IMG/VR virus record: IMGVR_UViG_3300045988_045310
Location: 1-60,248 of that record
Strand: one strand, 5' to 3'
From: a virus
Length of the DNA stretch: 60,248 bases
Numbering within the stretch: the first letter of the stretch is position 1; each line of letters opens with the position of its first letter. This document shows, one piece after another, positions 53,024 through 60,248 of the stretch. Below the pieces are notes generated by a model, which did no database searches, had not been told where the DNA came from, and saw nothing but the letters and a program-made list of their open reading frames with translations. Both the position numbers and the translations under genes were made by a program.

Positions 53024-53374
53024 TTACTGATCCTTATCTCTTGCTATTGCTTCCCGAATCCTGTCTGCAAACAGAGCGCAGGCTTCATCTACCGATGCAA
53101 TATTATCTCTTATATCCTGAGTTGGTATATCAAGTTCTTTTCCAAGTTCATAGAGTACCTCGCAGACACCATCTGTATAAGTTGCCTCCTGCGCCGATTT
53201 CTCATAATTTGAACATTCAAAAAGACTTTCAGCAATATCAAGTCCTTTGTTCAGTCCCTCCATGTAAGATCTTTCTTTTTCCGATCTAAGCTGTGACGCT
53301 CTTTCCTGTATTGCTCTTGAATCATTGATTGCTTTGAGAGCCTTGTCCGTATCAATATTTGTTGCTTTATACAT
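53024..53374 (-). CDS. hypothetical protein
   Basis: the ORF track start at 53389 is a GTG inside the RBS; moved to MYKATN (GGAGG 8 nt upstream). Confidence 0.5.
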   Translation of the reverse strand: MYKATNIDTDKALKAINDSRAIQERASQLRSEKERSYMEGLNKGLDIAESLFECSNYEKSAQEATYTDGVCEVLYELGKELDIPTQDIRDNIASVDEACALFADRIREAIARDKDQ

Positions 53375-53395
53375 TTTTTCTACCTCCACTAAATC

Positions 53396-53611
53396 CTAAA
53401 TGATTTTCTTTTTGCGCCGGAGATGCGCTGCCCAGTACTCCGTTATCTTGTACTTGGGGCACTCGTCCCTCCACATCTCCCGTCCTGTCTTGCCATCCCA
53501 GTGGATGCAATCCTCGCAGTTATAGCACGGTTCATCCATCTCTCCCTGGCAATGGTCAAAGCAGTTTGGATTATTTGCACAATGCTCGCAGATACATCTA
53601 CTGCAACTCAT
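53396..53611 (-). CDS. Cys-rich hypothetical protein
   Basis: 71 aa with many Cys (CSRCICEHC, CFDHC, CYNCEDC). Confidence 0.5.
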   Translation of the reverse strand: MSCSRCICEHCANNPNCFDHCQGEMDEPCYNCEDCIHWDGKTGREMWRDECPKYKITEYWAAHLRRKKKII

Positions 53612-53636
53612 ACCATTCCTCCGCTAAATCCTAAAA

Positions 53637-53855
53637 CTACCATCCCATATCATTTCTATCGCCGATGGCATTGGGATCTATCATGTATGACATATTTAAC
53701 TTTGCTTCCGCAAGTTCCTTCTTTAATTCCTTCACCTGCTTTTTTAATGCTGCATTTTCATCCATAATTTTCATGATTTTGCAATCTTTCTTCTGATCAC
53801 ACTTGTTGCGCACAGAATAGTTATCACACATCTGACAGATCTCTGTCTTACTCAT
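53637..53855 (-). CDS. hypothetical protein
   Basis: 72-aa ORF. Confidence 0.5.
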   Translation of the reverse strand: MSKTEICQMCDNYSVRNKCDQKKDCKIMKIMDENAALKKQVKELKKELAEAKLNMSYMIDPNAIGDRNDMGW

Positions 53856-53881
53856 ATTCTCTACCTCCGCTAAATCCTAAG

Positions 53882-54442
53882 TTACTTACAAAAGTCGCAT
53901 ACTGTATTACACTTTTTCCACTCTTCCGAATGTTCCGCATATCCATCAGCACCGTTCAAATATTTATAAGCAAGTACATTTAGGCACCTTTCACAAGCAG
54001 ATGCTAAAACAGCAATGGCTTCTTTCAACGTGTAATCTCCACTATTTACCATTGCAAGGATAAGATCTTGATTTCCACCGCCAATGCCTGTATGCTGTTC
54101 AAGTAATAGAGTGGTTTCCGTACCATAATCCCATTTTCTACCCCAGGGTTGCCACCACTTTCTTAACTGACTGCATCCACACGCAGCACATGTATGTCCT
54201 TTATATCCCTTTATTAGGTCGTTGTCTTTTTCCCACCATTTTCGTTTATGCTTACAGCTTGATTTTTCATTCTTATCATGCACCTTATATATTTTTTCCG
54301 TAACCTCTAAAGGGAAGCATGAATGGTATGTAACCACACCTTCCGGTATATCACAGCTATAATCATCTGTTTTTTTGATCATCTTTCCGTTTTTATCCTC
54401 GTACCAAATTCCCATTTTTAATTTTTCACGATCAATATTCAT
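53882..54442 (-). CDS. hypothetical Cys-rich protein
   Basis: 186-aa ORF. Confidence 0.5.
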   Translation of the reverse strand: MNIDREKLKMGIWYEDKNGKMIKKTDDYSCDIPEGVVTYHSCFPLEVTEKIYKVHDKNEKSSCKHKRKWWEKDNDLIKGYKGHTCAACGCSQLRKWWQPWGRKWDYGTETTLLLEQHTGIGGGNQDLILAMVNSGDYTLKEAIAVLASACERCLNVLAYKYLNGADGYAEHSEEWKKCNTVCDFCK

Positions 54443-54467
54443 ATATTATTATCCTCTCATTCCTAAT

Positions 54468-54644
54468 TTAAGCTAATATGTGAATTTCCTGTTTGATATC
54501 ATCGCTTTCAATATCCGATACTGTTTCTTCGAAAAAAATAGCATCTTCTCCATTCATATCTTCTTTAGTAACAGTTTTTCCAAATTTAATATCATATCCT
54601 GCTGGTAATTCCATAAGTAATACTATTAATTCATAATTTTTCAT
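54468..54644 (-). CDS. hypothetical protein
   Basis: ORF track 54468..54689; start moved to MKNYEL (GGAGG about 9 nt upstream). Confidence 0.45.
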   Translation of the reverse strand: MKNYELIVLLMELPAGYDIKFGKTVTKEDMNGEDAIFFEETVSDIESDDIKQEIHILA

Positions 54645-54666
54645 CTTCATATCCTCCAATTCTAAG

Positions 54667-54834
54667 TTATTTTTCATTCTCCTCAGCATTGCTGATACTA
54701 ATCTTTTGCATTGCCGGTAGTGCCAGTGCCACTAAACACCACGCTGATCCGGTATATTTGATAGCAAATATCACCGCTGTTGCCGTAGATATCCAAGCTG
54801 CTGCATAAGCAAACCACACATTTTTATTTTTCAT
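54667..54834 (-). CDS. small membrane protein
   Basis: start MKNKNVWF (AAGGAGG RBS); two hydrophobic helices. Confidence 0.45.
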   Translation of the reverse strand: MKNKNVWFAYAAAWISTATAVIFAIKYTGSAWCLVALALPAMQKISISNAEENEK

Positions 54835-55017
54835 AGCATCCTCCTTTACCATCCGATGATACATTATCCTGGCATCAATCCATACTCTGGTAAATCCCGG
54901 AGCACGTACCGTATCCGGCGCACCTCTGTCCGTCCAGTATATTCTCCACCTGCGAACTCCATTAAGATTAGGACATATCCCAGCTGTACATCATCTTCAT
55001 CTTTTCGCAATTCAAAG

Positions 55018-55260
55018 TTACTTATTTACCAGTTCTGCCAGCTGAATAAAATCAAGAGTTTCGCACCCATCATATAAGTCATATACTTTCTCCACGATTT
55101 CATCACAATACCCTGCTTCTTCCAACTGATCCGAAAAATCAGGATCAGAAGATGTACAACCATATTCTGTTTTTGTTGATTTTTTCTGAAATTTTTCGTT
55201 TTTAGACATTTCCAATGTTTCAATGCAACCATTATCCGTTGTTTCAATGCAATATTTCAT
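55018..55260 (-). CDS. hypothetical acidic protein
   Basis: ORF track 55018..55338; start moved to MKYCIET (AGGAGG 8 nt upstream). Confidence 0.45.
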   Translation of the reverse strand: MKYCIETTDNGCIETLEMSKNEKFQKKSTKTEYGCTSSDPDFSDQLEEAGYCDEIVEKVYDLYDGCETLDFIQLAELVNK

Positions 55261-55373
55261 GTGATTTTCCTCCTGTTTTTTAACTTTCTTTTGAGTTTCT
55301 TTCGATAGATAACTCAAATTTTTAATTAAATTTTTCATTTCTTAACTCAAATTTTGAGTTACTATTTCACTTT

Positions 55374-56582
55374 TTATTTTCTGATTTCACTTTCTTGCTC
55401 AATATTTAAGTTTTTGAACATTGCACACATCACATCAACCACGATACTGTTACCAAACTGCTTGTAAAGCTGTGTGTTGCTGTTGACCGCTGCCATCTTG
55501 GAGATATCTTCATCAGATACTCCCATAAGACGTCCACATTCTATCGGTGTCAGCTTTCGAATACTATGTTGTAATTTCACACTTTCATATAATTTTCTCA
55601 TTGCTGGCTCTGCTATTTTTGGTACATTGCAATGACCAACTGTAAGTGTAGGTGCAATTCCATCTGTATAAACAACTTTTCCATCCTGCGATGAATTTAT
55701 TCTTCCAGCAACTTTTATAAGACAATTAGAACCATCTTTGTAATATCTAGCTGGTATTGTTGATGCAATGTCATCAACATCTTTAATCACTGCATGAAAA
55801 GTATTTCCTTTTTCTTTCTGCTTTTTTGCGTGTTCCAAAAATCCTTTCAATGCCTTATCACTTACATAGAATTTGTCATCAATCACTTCTTCTTGATAAT
55901 CACGTATTCTTTTTGTAAGTTGTATAGCTTCAGGAAAATTATATGAATATTCTCCCAAAAATGAAAACATGAAACATCTTTCACGGTTCTGTGCCACTCC
56001 GTAGTTCTTTGCGTTTAAGTCCTGCCAGTAACTTACATATCCAAGACTTGTCAGAAAATCGATCCAGTTTTGAAAATCTACCATGTTTGCATCGGCATGG
56101 ACTTGTGGCACGTTTTCCATGAACAAAATCTGTGGTAACTCACCTCCACCATCTCTTATCTCTTTCAGAATCCGTTCAACTTCCCACAAAAGACCGGACC
56201 GTGTTCCACTACCTTTTTTCATTCCTGCTTGCTTCCCGGCAACCGATAAATCGGTGCATGGAAACGAGTAAGTAAGTAAGTAAGTGAAGGCTTCCGTATT
56301 GCAGATATTCAAATCATCCGCATGAACCTTTGTTATGTCCATTGTATGAAAATCTGTGCCATGCACCGCATTGTAGCTTGCTACGGCATACTTATCAAAC
56401 TCAACAACTCTGTAATGCTCAAATTTTGCACCGATTCTTTCCAGTGCCATTGCCTGCGAACCATATCCGGCAAACAGTTCTATCAGCCTTATAGGCTTTG
56501 TAATACGTATCTGTTCACGTATCAGGTCAAAAATGCTCATCTGATTCTGACATTCGTAATCAAACTTATCTAAATCACTCAT
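55374..56582 (-). CDS. dcm: DNA cytosine-5 methyltransferase, no cognate nuclease seen
   Basis: motif I LFAGYGS, motif IV SFPCTDLS, motif VI ENVPQ, motif VIII QNRERCF, motif X GNSIVV. Confidence 0.9.
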   Translation of the reverse strand: MSDLDKFDYECQNQMSIFDLIREQIRITKPIRLIELFAGYGSQAMALERIGAKFEHYRVVEFDKYAVASYNAVHGTDFHTMDITKVHADDLNICNTEAFTYLLTYSFPCTDLSVAGKQAGMKKGSGTRSGLLWEVERILKEIRDGGGELPQILFMENVPQVHADANMVDFQNWIDFLTSLGYVSYWQDLNAKNYGVAQNRERCFMFSFLGEYSYNFPEAIQLTKRIRDYQEEVIDDKFYVSDKALKGFLEHAKKQKEKGNTFHAVIKDVDDIASTIPARYYKDGSNCLIKVAGRINSSQDGKVVYTDGIAPTLTVGHCNVPKIAEPAMRKLYESVKLQHSIRKLTPIECGRLMGVSDEDISKMAAVNSNTQLYKQFGNSIVVDVMCAMFKNLNIEQESEIRK

Positions 56583-56641
56583 TTTTTCAAGGAGACCGCA
56601 TATGCTTCACTCTGGCCAGAGTCTCGGCTCCTTTCTTGATT

Positions 56642-56812
56642 TTATCTAACTATTGTTTCACTCTGTTCCTTGTACTGTCTCCCTGCCATCTGCACCAGAT
56701 AATGCTGTAAGGCTTCTGCGACGCTGATACTGTGCTTTACGCAGTATCGGTCAACGTAACGCTTAAAGTCCTCATTCTGCTCGTACAGGGCGGTGTAATC
56801 AATGTTCTGCAT
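56642..56812 (-). CDS. 56-aa hypothetical protein, below the ORF-track length cutoff
   Basis: GGTGG RBS 5 nt upstream; MQNIDYTALYEQNEDFKRYVDRYCVKHSISVAEAL... Confidence 0.4.
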   Translation of the reverse strand: MQNIDYTALYEQNEDFKRYVDRYCVKHSISVAEALQHYLVQMAGRQYKEQSETIVR

Positions 56813-56836
56813 CTGTTCCACCTTTTTCTTCTTTCT

Positions 56837-57043
56837 TCATAGTAGCACATATGGTATTCCCGGAAAACGTATCTGATACTCTCCATCAGGGCAGTTCTGT
56901 TCATGCTTGTGCATAAACCACTCGAAAACAGCCTTGATTGCCATTTTGGTAACGTCTTCCTTTTTTCCTACCCATTTATCATTTTTCAGATTGCCATAGT
57001 AAATAGTATCTGTGATAGGGCTGACACCCATTGCCTTAGCCAT
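56837..57043 (-). CDS. hypothetical protein
   Basis: 68-aa ORF. Confidence 0.5.
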   Translation of the reverse strand: MAKAMGVSPITDTIYYGNLKNDKWVGKKEDVTKMAIKAVFEWFMHKHEQNCPDGEYQIRFPGIPYVLL

Positions 57044-57093
57044 CTAATCCGCCTCCCCGTAGCGGAACCTTTTTATAAAATCATCCGCATCAA

Positions 57094-57786
57094 TCAATCG
57101 CATCGTTTATCCTCCTCCGGTTTCTTGCATCTTTCAAATTCGATAACCCACACCCACGGATTAGCGCCCCAACCGTAGCGGTCAATGTCGGATTTATTGA
57201 TGGTTGAATCCCAAAGGTCATGAAACATCCATTTTACAAAATCTTCTCCAACGTGTTTTAAAGGTTCTTCTTCAATTCCTTCTTTCACACACCCTTTTCC
57301 GTCAATATTCTGCAACCGCTCCACTTTTACATCCGTAACTTTAAGCCAGATTCTAGCGGCTTCTTTCGGCATGTGGATGGAGGGATGCCACCTTGCATCT
57401 CCGCTTATTTCGTTGGTTGCTCGATACATATAGCAACCACAGGTTTTATCCAAAACACTTTTCTTTGGTTCTTTGGGGCAATTCCCTCTTTCGTCTCCCT
57501 CACATTTCCAACATTCAAAACGTTCCCATGTTTCCCGGACATACAGGATGTCGCCCGGACAGATAGGACAGGTTCTTTCTGCTATGCTTAACTGCTCCGT
57601 ATGTTTCTTATCTGCAAAGTTATGTACTGCATAAGTTCTCTTGTCGGCATTGTAAAATTCCATATCCGGTACGGTATACTCATTTGCATCTTTGCATATC
57701 CGCCGGGTGCAAGTCTTTCTTCCGTCCAGAATTGCCAGAACCATTTCTGTATTGAATAAAATCGGTTTAATTGTCATCTGTTCCAC
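57094..57786 (-). CDS. ASCH/PUA-like domain protein
   Basis: N-terminal KPILFNTEMVLAILDGRKTCTRR is the common phage ASCH-type signature. Confidence 0.5.
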   Translation of the reverse strand: MEQMTIKPILFNTEMVLAILDGRKTCTRRICKDANEYTVPDMEFYNADKRTYAVHNFADKKHTEQLSIAERTCPICPGDILYVRETWERFECWKCEGDERGNCPKEPKKSVLDKTCGCYMYRATNEISGDARWHPSIHMPKEAARIWLKVTDVKVERLQNIDGKGCVKEGIEEEPLKHVGEDFVKWMFHDLWDSTINKSDIDRYGWGANPWVWVIEFERCKKPEEDKRCD

Positions 57787-58081
57787 CTGCCTTTACAATC
57801 TCGATTGCTTTGTTTATGCACTCTTCTATGCATTTTTCATATGGAGTGTTTTTATAGTAGCACATCTCTTCATTTCCATAGTCCTCCAACTGCTCTACAA
57901 TCTTGTTCTGGTCGTAGATCTTACTTTCTGTAAATGCCTTTTCCATCATCACTGCGGTTTCCAACTCAAAGTTACCGCAGCAGGTACCCATATCCGCAAT
58001 ACATCGTTGGAAGAAATCTACAAATCGGTCTGCGTTATAGTCCACTTCAAATGCCTCTGGAATATCAATCAGTATTTTCAT
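57767..58081 (-). CDS. hypothetical protein
   Basis: ORF track 57767..58108; start moved to MKILIDIP (AGGAGGG RBS). Confidence 0.5.
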   Translation of the reverse strand: MKILIDIPEAFEVDYNADRFVDFFQRCIADMGTCCGNFELETAVMMEKAFTESKIYDQNKIVEQLEDYGNEEMCYYKNTPYEKCIEECINKAIEIVKAGGTDDN

Positions 58082-58238
58082 CGTTCGCCCTCCTGTTCCA
58101 TGCTTCAATCAGCTTTTCTTCATTGTAATCTTCTTTCAACATCATCATTCTTCCACAATTCATGCATTGTACGTAAAATTCGCATAAGATAGCACTTTTT
58201 TTCTTACATGATGGACACGGCTTAAGTTCTTCGCTCAT
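58065..58238 (-). CDS. Lar-family restriction-alleviation-like protein, below the ORF-track length cutoff
   Basis: 57 aa MSEELKPCPSCKKKSAILCEFYVQCMNCGRMMMLKEDYNEEKLIEAWNRRANDENTD; LKPCP.C...C..CG...IEAWNRR is the Lar signature; ATGA overlap with the upstream stop; AAGGGGTG RBS. Confidence 0.6.
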   Translation of the reverse strand: MSEELKPCPSCKKKSAILCEFYVQCMNCGRMMMLKEDYNEEKLIEAWNRRANDENTD

Positions 58239-58510
58239 TCTTCACACCCCTTTTCTTCCAACGCATTGTATAAGCGCAAGTATATTTCAAAATCATTCGG
58301 GTTCATTTTGTCCGAAAGAAAATCCAAAAAATCCTTATTTTTTAGGCATTCCTCCACCGTGCCTATCTTGCGGTACTTCTGTACCTCTTCCAGTGCCTTG
58401 ATTGCCATCTCGTAACCTTGGATTTCGTTTTTTCTCTCGTAATTTTGTGTACACATTTTGGCTAAATCAATAGATGTCTCAAGTTCTTTGATTGCTTCAT
58501 TCTCCGTCAT
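58235..58510 (-). CDS. hypothetical protein
   Basis: ORF track 58235..58552; start moved to MTENEAIK (GAGGAG RBS). Confidence 0.5.
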   Translation of the reverse strand: MTENEAIKELETSIDLAKMCTQNYERKNEIQGYEMAIKALEEVQKYRKIGTVEECLKNKDFLDFLSDKMNPNDFEIYLRLYNALEEKGCEE

Positions 58511-58512
58511 GG

Positions 58513-58803
58513 CTACTCCTCGCTTTCTTTCTGTAACCATGTCAGCGTACAATCCTTACAATCATGGCTAAAATCGCATACCTTGTCACTTTTTAATAAA
58601 TTCCGCAGGACACATAATAGCGCCATCGCCAGTTCTTCGTCCGTCATTCTCCTGATCCGGTCTGCGTTGGTCATAGGGGAGTAGTGCTCGCAATCTCTTT
58701 CTATGTCCTCATGCGGACAGTCGTTGATTTTGTCGCACCATGAGTACGCATCAAACCCGTTATCCTTTGTTTCTAAATTCTTGCAGTTATTACATTTCAC
58801 CAT
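58513..58803 (-). CDS. hypothetical Cys-rich protein
   Basis: ORF track 58513..58845; start probably MVKCNNCK. Confidence 0.45.
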   Translation of the reverse strand: MVKCNNCKNLETKDNGFDAYSWCDKINDCPHEDIERDCEHYSPMTNADRIRRMTDEELAMALLCVLRNLLKSDKVCDFSHDCKDCTLTWLQKESEE

Positions 58804-58810
58804 CTTCCAC

Positions 58811-59038
58811 CTACTTTTCTTGCAAAAATCTCTTGATGACATCAATATCTCTGTCCAGCACGCTTAAATGCTCTTTGTTCATTTTTTGATAGACAATCAA
58901 GGGATTCTGTCTTCCTGCCTTTTTTGCTCTTAATACTTCCCATATACCTTTCGGTTCTTCAATCGTCCATCCGGTTTTGATAAGCCATTTGCGAAAAGCA
59001 TCCCATTTGTTGCTATGCAGTGTGTTCCTATTTGCCAT
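58811..59038 (-). CDS. hypothetical protein
   Basis: 75-aa ORF. Confidence 0.5.
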   Translation of the reverse strand: MANRNTLHSNKWDAFRKWLIKTGWTIEEPKGIWEVLRAKKAGRQNPLIVYQKMNKEHLSVLDRDIDVIKRFLQEK

Positions 59039-59399
59039 ATTCTACCTCACTTTCCTGGTACGTCTCCGGCAGTGGCATCCAAGCTATAACATTTACGCTA
59101 TCAATATCATCACCGAGGACAAACCGTCCTCCCAAATATTGTACAAAGCAACAACGGTTTCGATATGTATCCCATCCAATTACGCTATTAAGAGATTCTT
59201 CCGGCAGTCTCTCGCTAACCGGAATCCACTTGCCATATTGTCCCTTCTCCTCGGCATCCTCATAGGCGGCTAGCTTCTCCGTTGGACTTCCGTTACCGTA
59301 ATCAGGCAGTCTCCAAATTGTCTCTCCGCATCTTTCGCATTCAAACGGATGCTTATATACCGCCACTCCGGCTATATTTCTAGTTGTTAGTCTCTCCAT
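59028..59399 (-). CDS. DUF551-like phage protein
   Basis: start MERLTTRN (AAAGGAG RBS); KWIPVSERLPEE... is typical of DUF551. Confidence 0.5.
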   Translation of the reverse strand: MERLTTRNIAGVAVYKHPFECERCGETIWRLPDYGNGSPTEKLAAYEDAEEKGQYGKWIPVSERLPEESLNSVIGWDTYRNRCCFVQYLGGRFVLGDDIDSVNVIAWMPLPETYQESEVEYGK

Positions 59400-59543
59400 C
59401 CTTGCTCCTTTCCGGAATCCTCGGTCTCTCTGCAAATTGAGGATAACTGCAGTCATATGGAATATGATTCCAGTGGTCAAAATGCCCCACAATAGAACTG
59501 TTTTGCATACTGTATAATTCATTCTCGCTATGAAATCCTCTGC

Positions 59544-59855
59544 TCACGATTTTGCACTCCTTTTCCCGTATGTACTTGCGATTCTGTATACATTGCAAAG
59601 TTCTCTATAATATATTTCCTGGGCATGGATATAAGCATCCACACGGTCAAGTTCCGTTTCACACCACTTGGCAAATTCTTCTGTGGATAACGGTGTCTCT
59701 GAAGTATCAAATTTCTCACTGTTATCAATCACAAAACTCACCATATCAACCGGAATGTGGTTCAAATCCGCAAGAATCTGAATCTGTTTGTCCTTGTCCT
59801 CTGCTTTTTTATAATTCGCCAACAATTCATAGCCTGTCATTTGCATTTGCATCAC
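59544..59855 (-). CDS. hypothetical protein
   Basis: 103-aa ORF with 4-nt overlap with the upstream gene. Confidence 0.5.
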   Translation of the reverse strand: MMQMQMTGYELLANYKKAEDKDKQIQILADLNHIPVDMVSFVIDNSEKFDTSETPLSTEEFAKWCETELDRVDAYIHAQEIYYRELCNVYRIASTYGKRSAKS

Positions 59856-60248
59856 CTCTTATCAAGTTTGATTTCATTGTCGTAACAACGCTTCTTTGGA
59901 TTTCCCTCTACGGGAGAAATCATCTTTTTAGGGTCTGTGGTGTATGCTCCGTTTAGCTTTACACCTATTTTGCTTTTTTCATCCACGTAGCAAGATGGCT
60001 TGTAACGATCCGGTGGAATGTAGTTGTGAATGCGCCAATGCTTTACAAGCATAACACCACTATCGAAAGATAAAAGGAATCTATTGTCTATCAATGCTTT
60101 CAAATCATCATCAGAAGCACCGCACATCCTTATGATTTTCCGTGGGTTATTTACAAATCCGTCATCATCAGCGTTCATACAGATATGGAAATAAAGCATT
60201 TGAGCCGTAGCAGGAATATCCAAAAAAGCATCACTCTCAATTATTTTT
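59852..60248 (-). CDS. phage replisome organizer (N-terminal-domain family); the 5' end continues across the window junction to ATG at window position 103
   Basis: SAKIIESDAFLDIPATAQMLYFHICMNADDDGFVNNP is the replisome-organizer N-terminal signature. Confidence 0.7.
   Translation of the reverse strand, partial: KIIESDAFLDIPATAQMLYFHICMNADDDGFVNNPRKIIRMCGASDDDLKALIDNRFLLSFDSGVMLVKHWRIHNYIPPDRYKPSCYVDEKSKIGVKLNGAYTTDPKKMISPVEGNPKKRCYDNEIKLDKR
60172..60248. repeat. 77-bp exact duplicate of positions 1-77 (circular-closure overlap)
   Basis: base-by-base identity of both window ends; a gene reads through the junction in frame. Confidence 0.9.

Noticed and set aside
59400-59522. N-terminal hydrophobic extension (MNYTVCKTVLLWGILTTGIIFHM...) of the DUF551-like gene
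   Set aside because: There is no RBS within range of ATG 59522, whereas MERLTTRN at 59399 has AAAGGAG at 5-nt spacing and is the common start of this protein family.

Overview
The first 77 bp are identical to the last 77 bp, so this window is a complete, circularly closed phage or excised-prophage genome of about 60,171 bp. It looks like a temperate siphovirus-type phage: long tape measure gene and no sheath gene. GGAGG-type RBSs, a GAAC-N4-GTTC SOS box, a GH25 lysin and a Spo0A_C-like gene suggest a low-GC Firmicutes/Clostridia-type host. Almost all genes are on the minus strand. The early arm runs leftward from a cro-like gene (12270) through antirepressor, SLT transglycosylase, AAA ATPase, RecT, MBL-fold hydrolase and GIY-YIG nuclease, then wraps the window ends through a replisome organizer, a Lar-like anti-restriction ORF, and Dcm and Dam methyltransferases, and ends at a tyrosine integrase (51429-50209) next to attP. 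The late arm runs 42969 -> 14293: two RHH regulators, a putative cos/pac region, a TerS candidate, HNH, an array of 8 tRNA(-like) genes, TerL, portal, scaffold, capsid, connector genes, holin, tail tube, a G/GT chaperone pair, GH25 endolysin, tape measure, tail tip and tail fibre. Plus-strand islands are the CI-like and LexA-like repressors (12.4-13.9 kb), small cargo genes (43.6-46.4 kb) and two IS110-family insertion sequences. Main findings: (1) a G-segment-like invertible tail-fibre C-terminus cassette bounded by a perfect 16-bp inverted repeat, with no adjacent invertase; (2) two diverged but intact IS110-family elements whose exact empty sites can be rebuilt, sharing the target TGTAGCTGG and carrying long 5' non-coding ends that are candidate bridge RNAs; (3) two different repeat arrays (TGATATCA x8, TTTGTGCCTTATAT x6) around two RHH genes; (4) an atypical 108-nt tRNA-like gene in the tRNA array; (5) a six-gene low-complexity cargo operon next to attP; (6) lysis genes scattered inside the structural operon. 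No CRISPR array, reverse transcriptase or rRNA was seen.
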